Part shown: piece after piece, positions 9,324 through 17,286 of the stretch
How the letters are laid out: each line of letters starts with the position of its first letter
Numbering within the stretch: the stretch's first letter is position 1
The notes under the pieces: generated by a model
The model's input: the letters and a program-made list of their open reading frames with translations, nothing else
Told to the model about the DNA's origin: nothing
Databases searched by the model: none
IMG/VR virus record: IMGVR_UViG_3300045961_000282
Location: 124,001 to 188,000 of that record
DNA: 64,000 nt
Strand: one strand, 5' to 3'
Program-made: the position numbers and the translations under genes

Positions 9324-9402
9324 TTCGTGCGCCCGTGGGTGCCGCGTGTTCTCGCGCAAGGAAAAGACGCAGGTGTGCATTGTCTGTGGAAAAGCAGAGT
9401 GA
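9316..9402 (+). CDS. 28-aa Cys-rich mini-ORF
   Basis: Overlaps the wbqC stop and the next GTG; CARGC and CIVC. Confidence 0.35.
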   Translation: MSDSCARGCRVFSRKEKTQVCIVCGKAE

Positions 9403-9536
9403 GTGATCGCCTGCACGTTTATGGTCACACTGAGGATTGCGCGTGTCTTGCGTGCTCCTTCCTGAATGCCATAGCCGCCGCGCCCGGGGAGCGGACGTCG
9501 GACAAGATCAAATACGTTTTAGGAGACAGTGAATGA
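9399..9536 (+). CDS. 45-aa Cys/His mini-ORF
   Basis: GTGA and ATGA overlaps bridge it to the dehydrogenase; HTEDCACLAC. Confidence 0.4.
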   Translation: MSDRLHVYGHTEDCACLACSFLNAIAAAPGERTSDKIKYVLGDSE

Positions 9537-10777
9537 GCAAGGTGCTGATAGTTGGGATGGGCTACGTCGGCCTGCCTATCGCCGTACGTGCCGCCGAGGT
9601 TGGCCACGAGGTCATCGGCGTGGACGTGAGTCAGGACAAGATCGACTCGATCGCCACTGGGATGTCCTACATCGAGGACGTCAGCGACGAGCGGCTGCAG
9701 GCCGTGGTTGCATCAGGGGCCCTGCGGGCCACCGACCTCAGTGAGCGACACTCCTTCGAGATCGCGCTGATCACCGTGCCGACGCCGGTCGACGCGATGA
9801 AGCGGCCCGACCTGCAGTTCATCGAGGCGGGGGCGAACTACGTCGCCTCCTGCATGAACGGCGGCGAGGTTGTAGTGCTGGAGTCCACCACGTACCCCGG
9901 CACCACCGAGGATGTCGTCGCCGAGCGCATTCGCCGGATCGCTGGGCTGGAGCCGGAGCGCGACTACATGCTCGGGTACTCGCCTGAGCGCATCAATCCC
10001 GGCGACTCGGTGAACACCTTCGACACGGTTCCCAAGATCGTGTCCGGCACCGATGCGGCCTCGCTGGCGAGGATCCAGTCGTTCTACGACACGCTGGTCC
10101 AGCGGACCGTCCCCGTGTCCTCGCCGCGCGCGGCCGAACTGGCCAAGGTGTTCGAGAACACGTTCGCTCAGGTCAACATCGCGCTGGTCAACGAACTGGC
10201 ATTGGTCTGCTCCGAGTTGGGCCTCGACGTCGATGAGGTTCTCGACGCCGCCGCCACCAAGGGGCACTCGATCATGCGGTTCCGTCCCGGCCCCGGTGTC
10301 GGTGGGCACTGCATCAGCGTCGACCCGCTGTACCTGACGTGGATGCGGCGCAACATGGCGGGCAAGGCGTTCCGGTTCGCCGAACTGGCCGATGAGATCA
10401 ACGGCGGCATGCCCGAGCACGTGGTTCACCGGGCCCGCTCGGTGCTCAACGACCACGGGGTTCCGATCTGGAACTCGCGCATCGGCGTGCTGGGGGTTGC
10501 CTACAAGCCCAACGTCGCCGACATCCGGGAGTCTCCGGCTCTGGTTCTGGTTGAGCGACTGCGCGAGACCGGCGCGGAAGTCTCCGTGTTCGATCCGCAC
10601 GTCAACACCGCTGAGGATGCTGAACTGGCGGCAAAGTCCGCGGGGTCGTTCGACCTGATGATCGTGGCCACCGATCACGACGACTTCGACTACGAGGCCA
10701 TCCACAAGGGTGCCCGTGTCATCCTCGACACACGCAACCGCTACCCTCGGGGCACGGCGCGGGTCCACAAGTTGTGA
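9533..10777 (+). CDS. nucleotide-sugar (UDP-HexNAc/UDP-Glc) 6-dehydrogenase, WecC/WbpA/TviB-type
   Basis: GMGYVG Rossmann motif, ESTTYPGTT, KVFENTF..VNIALVNE, GGHCI catalytic Cys. Confidence 0.92.
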   Translation: MSKVLIVGMGYVGLPIAVRAAEVGHEVIGVDVSQDKIDSIATGMSYIEDVSDERLQAVVASGALRATDLSERHSFEIALITVPTPVDAMKRPDLQFIEAGANYVASCMNGGEVVVLESTTYPGTTEDVVAERIRRIAGLEPERDYMLGYSPERINPGDSVNTFDTVPKIVSGTDAASLARIQSFYDTLVQRTVPVSSPRAAELAKVFENTFAQVNIALVNELALVCSELGLDVDEVLDAAATKGHSIMRFRPGPGVGGHCISVDPLYLTWMRRNMAGKAFRFAELADEINGGMPEHVVHRARSVLNDHGVPIWNSRIGVLGVAYKPNVADIRESPALVLVERLRETGAEVSVFDPHVNTAEDAELAAKSAGSFDLMIVATDHDDFDYEAIHKGARVILDTRNRYPRGTARVHKL

Positions 10778-10820
10778 CCGCTTCCAAGGGGGGGTGTCTG
10801 CTGTGACCCAAGAATTCCTC

Positions 10821-10931
10821 ATGTCCTACGGACAGATCACCATCATCGGCCTCGGGTCGTTGATAGGGCTGAGCGCGGTCCTGATCCATCGCGTGCGCAC
10901 TCGCCATCACAAGTACGGGAAGGGATCATGA
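10821..10931 (+). CDS. 36-aa single-TM peptide
   Basis: Hydrophobic segment followed by a basic tail; ATGA overlap with the GT2. Confidence 0.45.
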   Translation: MSYGQITIIGLGSLIGLSAVLIHRVRTRHHKYGKGS

Positions 10932-12265
10932 CTCCGATAGGTCGCAACACCCCGGCTCGCGGTCTGGGCATGGTGGCCAGCCTGATCTTCATCGGGCTGT
11001 TCATCGGCTACTTCTCATGGTCGGCCATGGGCTGGATCAACCAGAGCGGCGCATGGTTGCTGGTCGGTTTCTTTGCCTTCTTCGCCACCATCACGCTGGG
11101 GAACATGATCTCCGGGCTGTTCTGGAAGTCGTTCACCGACCTCCCGGTCCCCGACGCCCGCGTGGTGGCCATCGTGCCGATCTATGCGGAAAAGACCGAG
11201 CGGGTCCACAAGGTGGTGCTCTCGCTGATCCATCAGACTCGCCCGCCGGACCACATCTACGTGGTCGACGACGGCTCCGAGCCACCGCTGGTGGGCTTCG
11301 AGCACCCGCTGGTGACGTGGATCCGACAGGAGAACGCAGGCAAGCGCCACGCGCAGGCACGCGCACTGGCCGAGTTCGACCGCGATGAGTACGACCTGAT
11401 CCTCACTGTCGACTCGGATTCGGTGTTCGACGCCGATGCGGTTGAGCACCTGATGCGCCCGTTCAACCACTCGGACATCCATGCCTCGACGGCGATGATC
11501 TACACGTCGAACTGGCGGGCCAACCTGATGACCCGGTTCACCGACATCAACCTGCAGATCTCGTGCTTGCAGATGCGGATGCTCCGCTCGTGGATGGGTA
11601 TTGTTACGCCGACCTCGGGGGCCATCGCCATCTACCGGCCGTGGGTGTTCTTCGACAACCTCGACGACTACCTGACCTCAGGCAACATCGGCGACGACCG
11701 ACGGCTGTCGTTCTACGCGCTCATGAAGGGCCGTGTCGTCACGGTCAACGAGGCGGCCTGCGAGACGCACCTGCCCGAGACGCCGCGCGGCATTTTCAAG
11801 CAGCGCACCCGTTGGGCCAAGTCGGCATGGCTGGGAACTCCCTTCGTGTGGACCAACCTCAAGCCGCTGGTGGTGTTCTTCTACACCTACCCGCTGCTGT
11901 TCGCCCTGCTGTGGCCGCTGTCGGTGGCGTTCCTGTCGTGGATCTGGATCGCCTACGGCATCCCGTCGCTGATGTACGGCGTCGCCTTCTGGTTCGTCAC
12001 GTCGTTCACGATGACCGGGGCTGCCTATGCCCAGCGGCCCTCGATGCCGTTCGGGCAGAAGGTGCTGCAGGTCGGGCTGTCCCTGCTCTACCCGATCTGG
12101 GGTCTGATCCTGCTGCGTCCCGCGGCGTACAAGGCGCTGGCCACCGTCCGCGATCAGAGTTGGGGGACCCGTGGAGCCGATGCTCCTGAGCCTGAGATGG
12201 ACGGCGTGGCCCCGGCCCCATCTGGTGGGCGCGTGATCGGCCTGCCCAAGAGGACTGCCGCCTGA
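10928..12265 (+). CDS. processive GT2 of the hyaluronan synthase/NodC type
   Basis: DDGS, GKRHA, VDSDS, GDDRRL and QRTRW motifs; N- and C-terminal TM helices. Confidence 0.85.
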   Translation: MTPIGRNTPARGLGMVASLIFIGLFIGYFSWSAMGWINQSGAWLLVGFFAFFATITLGNMISGLFWKSFTDLPVPDARVVAIVPIYAEKTERVHKVVLSLIHQTRPPDHIYVVDDGSEPPLVGFEHPLVTWIRQENAGKRHAQARALAEFDRDEYDLILTVDSDSVFDADAVEHLMRPFNHSDIHASTAMIYTSNWRANLMTRFTDINLQISCLQMRMLRSWMGIVTPTSGAIAIYRPWVFFDNLDDYLTSGNIGDDRRLSFYALMKGRVVTVNEAACETHLPETPRGIFKQRTRWAKSAWLGTPFVWTNLKPLVVFFYTYPLLFALLWPLSVAFLSWIWIAYGIPSLMYGVAFWFVTSFTMTGAAYAQRPSMPFGQKVLQVGLSLLYPIWGLILLRPAAYKALATVRDQSWGTRGADAPEPEMDGVAPAPSGGRVIGLPKRTAA

Positions 12266-12323
12266 GCGCTCACGGGGCTACTGTGGACGTACCAGAACGG
12301 TCACCTCACCAAGGAGTACACCC

Positions 12324-13526
12324 ATGCCCTCATTTCGCGAGGTCATCACGTCCATCTCGGGCTTGACCCACTACTACGCGCTGGACGACAAGACCAAGGC
12401 CACTGACTTGGTCGGCAAGATCAACGGCAAGGTCAACGGCAACGTCATGTTCGGCGCCAACGGGGCGACGTTCGACGGCAAGTCCAGCATCGAACTGGCC
12501 AACAGCGCCGACTTCTCCCCGGCTGGCACGGCGTCCAAGGCCCTGACCATCATCGCCTTCCACACCGTCACCGACTGGAAGCGCCAGTCGCACAACAACG
12601 AGTACGTCCACTGGATGGGCAAGGGCCGCACAGGCGCCCACGAGTGGGTGTTCCGGTACTACATCGACGGTGGCAGCGGTGAGGCGGCGACCCGCAAGCG
12701 GCGCACCTCGTTCTACTCGTTCAACCCGGCGGGCGGTCTGGGCACCGGCTCGTACTTCCAAGACGACGACGCCGCGGGCGTCGAGCGGGTGATCGGCGGC
12801 ATGGTCTGGGGCAACTCAGCCAGTGGCTCGACGCAGATGTGGAAGAACGGCGTGATCCGCGACACCGACGCGCTGAGCACCTACTCGGTCAACCCCAAGC
12901 ACACCGACGCCCCCGTGTTCCTCGGGTCGCGTGGGGACAACACGGGCTTCCTCGTTGGTCGGCTGCGCCGGGTGGCCTTCTTCAACCGCCGCCTCACCGA
13001 GGCTGAGATGAAGAAGATCTACGACGCCCGCAACTTCGTCGAGGTCGAGGAGGCCGTGACGCCTCCGCCGGTCGTGACTCCTCCGGCGGTGCTCGGCGAT
13101 GTCTACGTCGGCGCCAGCAAGCGGGCGTACAACGGGAAGAACGCAGCGCGCGCCGCGGACACGCTGGTCGTCTTCGACGATGCGTATGGTTCGAAGACCG
13201 ACACCAACGAGTGGGGGGCCGAAGTCCTGATCGAGAAGGGCAAGGTCACCGCCGTCCTCGACCAGCGCACGGGCGCAGAGGGAGCCAAGAACCTCGCCAT
13301 CCCCAAGGGCGGGGTCGTGCTGTCCGGCCACGGAGAGGCTCGCACGTGGCTGCTGGAACACGCGAAGGTCGGTGTGGTGGCTTCGGTGGGGTCCCCGCCC
13401 GTGGCGCCCGCTCCTGACCTCTCCGCGCAGGCCAAGGCAATCCGGGCGCAGGCCGCCGCGCTGCGCAAAACCGCGGATGAACTGGATGCCACTGCGGCGT
13501 CCATCGAGAAGGAGACGAGTGGCTAG
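12324..13526 (+). CDS. LamG/concanavalin-A-like domain protein with a second carbohydrate-associated module and a coiled-coil tail
   Basis: YYALDD, FDGKSSI, FLVGRLRRVAFFNRRLT LamG pattern; IPKGGVVLSGHG module; no signal peptide. Confidence 0.65.
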   Translation: MPSFREVITSISGLTHYYALDDKTKATDLVGKINGKVNGNVMFGANGATFDGKSSIELANSADFSPAGTASKALTIIAFHTVTDWKRQSHNNEYVHWMGKGRTGAHEWVFRYYIDGGSGEAATRKRRTSFYSFNPAGGLGTGSYFQDDDAAGVERVIGGMVWGNSASGSTQMWKNGVIRDTDALSTYSVNPKHTDAPVFLGSRGDNTGFLVGRLRRVAFFNRRLTEAEMKKIYDARNFVEVEEAVTPPPVVTPPAVLGDVYVGASKRAYNGKNAARAADTLVVFDDAYGSKTDTNEWGAEVLIEKGKVTAVLDQRTGAEGAKNLAIPKGGVVLSGHGEARTWLLEHAKVGVVASVGSPPVAPAPDLSAQAKAIRAQAAALRKTADELDATAASIEKETSG

Positions 13527-14382
13527 GAGCACCATCCTGCGGGTGGGGGCGGCGACAGGCGCCGCCCTCGCCCTGCTGCTCACCCTGACCGCAGGCGTCT
13601 GGTCGCATCAGGACCGCACCGACGCCTTCAGCATCACGAACCTGTACCGCTCAGACCCCACAGGGCAGCGCTGGGCCGCCGACTGGACCCGGGAGTGGTC
13701 CAATGACCCATGGGTCGAGCGCGGCAGCAACAACGTGCGCTACCGCACCGAGAACGGTGTGCTGACCGTCACTGGGCCGACCAGTCGGCTCTACGTGCGC
13801 AATCCCGACATGAAGACCCAGTGGGGCAACGTCGAGGTGACCGTATACGGATACCGGGTCGCCGACGAGAACATCGGGTACTCCGGAATCGTCACATCGG
13901 CACGCACCAACCACGGCGTCTCGGATCCACTGGAATCCGCCCCGTGCGACTCTCGGGCCATCGCGGCACGGATGCGCTTCGATGGTTCCATTGACTTCGG
14001 AAAGGAAACCTCACATCCGACATGGGAGGCCGTTCCAGCCGGGATATTGTTCCCCGGCGGTCTGCCGTACAACAAGTGGATCGGCTACAAGCACGTCGTC
14101 TATGACATCCCCGGCGGGACCCGGCAGGAACTGTGGGTCGACCTCACCGAGGGCCGCAATGGCGGGACGTGGCGAAAGGTGGCGACCCACGACGACACCG
14201 GTCAGGTCGGCGAAGTCGCCTGTGCGCCCGACGTCGATCCCGCCCTGCCGCTGACCCTTGGCAAGCGCGACGGCTCCGAGAGTGGGCTGCCCAACCTCTC
14301 CGTGCTGTTGCGTGCCGATGGCGTGGATGACCTGCGCTACAAGTGGTTCTCCGTGCGCGACATCATTCCGCCGCGCGGCTGA
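13519..14382 (+). CDS. secreted Trp-rich beta-sandwich protein (possible carbohydrate-binding or lyase-like)
   Basis: Signal peptide; KWIGYKHVVY..ELWVD..WRKV; GTG start overlapping the previous stop. Confidence 0.55.
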   Translation: MARSTILRVGAATGAALALLLTLTAGVWSHQDRTDAFSITNLYRSDPTGQRWAADWTREWSNDPWVERGSNNVRYRTENGVLTVTGPTSRLYVRNPDMKTQWGNVEVTVYGYRVADENIGYSGIVTSARTNHGVSDPLESAPCDSRAIAARMRFDGSIDFGKETSHPTWEAVPAGILFPGGLPYNKWIGYKHVVYDIPGGTRQELWVDLTEGRNGGTWRKVATHDDTGQVGEVACAPDVDPALPLTLGKRDGSESGLPNLSVLLRADGVDDLRYKWFSVRDIIPPRG

Positions 14383-14392
14383 GATATGGGGC

Positions 14393-14428
14393 GGCCCCCC
14401 CTCGCATATCCGACGAGGAGGGGCCTTT
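14393..14428 (+). terminator. intrinsic terminator between convergent units
   Basis: ggccccccctcg..cgaggaggggcc followed by ttt. Confidence 0.6.
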
Positions 14429-14479
14429 GGTTATCCCATTAGCAGTGGGTTCCTGCTTCATCGTCCCGACGGCACTTGA

Positions 14480-14615
14480 AGTGACGGATCATTTTCAAGG
14501 TCGCGGCGCCCTGCCATTAGGCCACCGAGACATGGGGTGTTGCTGCGGTCGCACAGGGCAACCAGAGTCTCGGACAGGAATTGAACCTGCATCTCCGCGA
14601 GGAGAGTCCGTCACT
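14480..14615 (-). ncRNA. circularly permuted tRNA-like RNA #2 (YrlA/Y-RNA-like)
   Basis: Order is T-arm (GCAGG TTCAATT CCTGT), acceptor CCGAGAC/GTCTCGG closed by a loop, then D-arm; TCGCGG/CCGCGA stem; 9-bp terminal stem AGTGACGGA/TCCGTCACT. Confidence 0.75.
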
Positions 14616-14634
14616 ATTCGATTCGGGTCGTACA

Positions 14635-14797
14635 GGTGGTGCTAAGACTGGAGCGAGAGCCTGAATCTGATGGGGGTCGCTGCCTCTACCGATTGGGCTA
14701 CGGACCCATGTGGTGGGCCCCGCAGGATTCGAACCTGCACTGTCACGACGTGTCCCTGAGTCTGAGCCTCAGCCTGAGTCTGTGCTCCATACCCACC
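14635..14797 (-). ncRNA. circularly permuted tRNA-like RNA #1 (YrlA/Y-RNA-like)
   Basis: T-arm GCAGG TTCGAAT CCTGC; GGGGCCC-A-CCA-CAT-GGGTCCG acceptor hairpin; Leu-like D-arm TAGCCCAATCGGTAGAGGC; GTCGT/GCGAC stem; outer TGGAGC/GCTCCA pairing; ends approximate. Confidence 0.75.
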
Positions 14798-14842
14798 CCC
14801 CACGGCCCGTGCAATACGGCGCAGGGGGAGTCTGTGTAGTTG

Positions 14843-15139
14843 TTACTCGCCGCACCAACCGTTCGGCGCGTCCCATGAGGGTACCGGCTGCAGCGCCGCC
14901 GCGGAGGCATCGCGCGACGTGCTGATGAAGCCCGCCCCTTCGATGCACAGGGCGACCATGGTCGGGTGCAGGTTCACGTTGGCGACCATCCGCACCTTGT
15001 CCGGGTCGGTGATAGGGACGCCCTTGAGGTCGCGGGCCTCCTGCGCGCTGCCGATCGGGCCGCCATCAGCGCAGGCGGCCACAGTCAGGCCGACCAGAGC
15101 GATGAGGGCTCCCGCGGCGACCGTGCGTGCGCGGTTCAT
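14843..15139 (-). CDS. small lipoprotein
   Basis: Signal peptide with lipobox VAAC; ATGA overlap. Confidence 0.7.
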   Translation of the reverse strand: MNRARTVAAGALIALVGLTVAACADGGPIGSAQEARDLKGVPITDPDKVRMVANVNLHPTMVALCIEGAGFISTSRDASAAALQPVPSWDAPNGWCGE

Positions 15140-15873
15140 CAGGCGCCCAGCAGGTAGTCGAAGATCTTCTTGCCGACGTGCACGTCGGTGATCTCCATCG
15201 AGTTGGCCTGCTCGCGGGCGAACTTGACCGCGTCCATCAGGGTGTCGACGCGAACGAGCAGTTCGGCGACCCGATCGGCCGGAACGGCACCGGAGAACTT
15301 GGTGGTCGACCAGTAGCCGACGACCTGATCCTCGTAATACATCTCGACCTGCGCCGGGTGCTTGTCGGTGGCCGGGGCCTTGACGTGGTTCTGCGGCACC
15401 TTCTTGGTCCGGGTGGTCTCGGTGACCTCGGTCGCCCACGCGCCCGCGGCGGCGTCGTGGTGCCACTTCTCTGAGGGATCCAGCGTCGGCAACTTCGAGA
15501 TGAAGGTGCGGATGTCGGTGATCTGCTTCTCGAGGAACAGCAGGCCGGTCACCGGGACATCGGCCAGCACGACGGTGCCGTCGACGACCACGTCGGCGCG
15601 GGCCTGCTGATTGGCGGCCTCCTTGGTCATGGTGACGTCGAAGAGCCGGGTCAGGTCGCGGCCGAGGTTGGCGAGGATCGTCTCGGCGTTCAACTGCACC
15701 AGCGTGGACTCCGAGGGCAGCCGGTCGCCCTCGTCGTCCTTGGGCCGGTAGGTGCGCGAGATGCCCGCGAACCGGGCTTCCTTCTGCAGCGCGTGGTAGG
15801 CGTCGGAGACTGCGCGGTGCGCGTGGGCCCGCACGCCCTTCTCGACAGCGAGGATCTGGTTCAACTTGGTCAC
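15139..15873 (-). CDS. conserved hypothetical protein (KLNQI.AVEKG / KHPAQVE family, common in actinobacteria)
   Basis: Recognisable family motifs GISRTYRPKDDEG, LLFLEKQ, TKKVP.NHVKA.AT.KHPAQV; own promoter and RBS. Confidence 0.8.
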   Translation of the reverse strand: MTKLNQILAVEKGVRAHAHRAVSDAYHALQKEARFAGISRTYRPKDDEGDRLPSESTLVQLNAETILANLGRDLTRLFDVTMTKEAANQQARADVVVDGTVVLADVPVTGLLFLEKQITDIRTFISKLPTLDPSEKWHHDAAAGAWATEVTETTRTKKVPQNHVKAPATDKHPAQVEMYYEDQVVGYWSTTKFSGAVPADRVAELLVRVDTLMDAVKFAREQANSMEITDVHVGKKIFDYLLGA

Positions 15874-15917
15874 TGTGTCATTCCTCTTTCAGGTGGTGCT
15901 GGGAACTGTATCACGGC

Positions 15918-16520
15918 TCAGGGGGTGGCAATCACCGAGGTGTCCGTGGTGATCACCGAGGTGTCCACCGAGGCCGTCTCGCCCAGCACATAGGACGACA
16001 CCGAGCGGGTCAGCCCGGCATAGGTGCTCGACGTCTCCGTGGCGGAGTAGGACACCGGGGCGAACCCGACCGACGCGCCGGTCCGAACCGCCGAGAGGTC
16101 TGAGGCGAGGAACACGAACTCCCACCCGTCGGCCTTCGCGGCGTCGATCAGGTCGGACACGGACTCCTTGGTGTACTCCCGTGAGGCGTTCTCGCCGCCG
16201 TCGGTGACGATGACCATCACGACCTTCTCGGCCGGGTTCTTGGCCACGTGCTTGCGGGTGGAGGACACCGCCTTGCCGATCGCGTCCAGCAGCGCCGTGG
16301 CGCCGCGCGGCGTCAAGGTGTAGCCCGGCCACGCCGAGGCAACCACGGGCTTCACGGCTTCGGTGATCTTGTCGTCGAAGTCCCACAGGGCGATCGACAC
16401 GTCGTCGTTGCCCGCGAACTCCGCGACGAACGACTCGATGCCGCCCTGCGCGTCCTCGCGGGTCATCTGCATCGACCCAGAGCGATCGATCACCAAGCAC
16501 ACGTGCGCGGATGCTGTCAT
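15918..16520 (-). CDS. stand-alone von Willebrand factor A domain protein
   Basis: MIDAS DRSGS, TALLDAIG, TDGGENAS. Confidence 0.85.
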   Translation of the reverse strand: MTASAHVCLVIDRSGSMQMTREDAQGGIESFVAEFAGNDDVSIALWDFDDKITEAVKPVVASAWPGYTLTPRGATALLDAIGKAVSSTRKHVAKNPAEKVVMVIVTDGGENASREYTKESVSDLIDAAKADGWEFVFLASDLSAVRTGASVGFAPVSYSATETSSTYAGLTRSVSSYVLGETASVDTSVITTDTSVIATP

Positions 16521-16864
16521 TGCGTCTCCTCGAATATCTCCACTGGGATTCCCGCCTCGCGGGCCAGATCGATGGTCATGTTGGTCCCCCGGGAACCGGG
16601 GCGCGGGAAGGCCAGCACCACATCGGGGCGCAGGGCGACCATCTCTGCGTTGCGCAGGTAGCCCGCCCGCTTTCCGAACTGGTTCCAGTCTGCCGGATGA
16701 GGGTCCTCGGGGACCCCGGTCATCTCACACCACTCGTGGGCGTACTGGTCGGCGCCGGTCGGGCACCGGCCGTTGATCACCAGCGTCGGGCTCTTGGCAG
16801 CCAGCGCGTCGTGCACGGTCTGGATGTCCGTCCAGTCCCGTGAACCAGTCACCATCACCCGCAT
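16517..16864 (-). CDS. SLOG-family (DUF2493/YspA-like) protein
   Basis: VTGSRDW, TGAD, ADW..GKRAG.LRN.EM, SRGT. Confidence 0.85.
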   Translation of the reverse strand: MRVMVTGSRDWTDIQTVHDALAAKSPTLVINGRCPTGADQYAHEWCEMTGVPEDPHPADWNQFGKRAGYLRNAEMVALRPDVVLAFPRPGSRGTNMTIDLAREAGIPVEIFEETQ

Positions 16865-16920
16865 TTGCAATCCTTTTGAAATCACTACCCCCACTCACCC
16901 CACATGCTACGGGCCGTGTC

Positions 16921-16954
16921 AAACACCCCCGGCTCGGAGGAACCGGGGGTGTTT
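16921..16954. terminator. intrinsic terminator hairpin
   Basis: aaacacccccgg..ccgggggtgttt. Confidence 0.7.
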
Positions 16955-16967
16955 GGGTGGATCGAGG

Positions 16968-17243
16968 TCAGACGGGGCGATCCGGGGACTTCAGGGCGAT
17001 GTAGCCCGCCACCACCGAGGACAGGGTGACCCCTGCCCACGCGACAGCCGTGTAGACCACGGCGCCGAGTACGGCGAACAGGGCGGGCCACGCATCGCCG
17101 AAGCCGCGGTCGAACAGCACGCTCAGCCACGTGATCAGCCCACCGAGGATGAACAGTGCGCCCACCACGACGACGACGGTGGCCAGTGTGCGGAAGATCC
17201 GCGACACCGCCTCGGCGCGACTGGCCACATTCAGTTCTGCCAT
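16968..17243 (-). CDS. two-TM membrane protein
   Basis: Hydrophobicity pattern; RBS AGGAGG. Confidence 0.7.
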   Translation of the reverse strand: MAELNVASRAEAVSRIFRTLATVVVVVGALFILGGLITWLSVLFDRGFGDAWPALFAVLGAVVYTAVAWAGVTLSSVVAGYIALKSPDRPV

Positions 17244-17286
17244 GACAACCTCCTAGGGGAAATGTTGGTCACGACTTTATGGCATT

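Noticed and set aside
14480-14797. Ordinary tandem tRNA genes, or a two-piece tmRNA
   Set aside because: In linear order the acceptor strands do not pair and there is no 7-nt anticodon loop. There is no G3:U70 alanine determinant and no tag reading frame, so tmRNA is not supported.
15918-16520. vWA protein as the Ro60 partner of the Y-like RNAs
   Set aside because: It has only the vWA domain and no TROVE repeat region; stand-alone vWA genes are common in phages.
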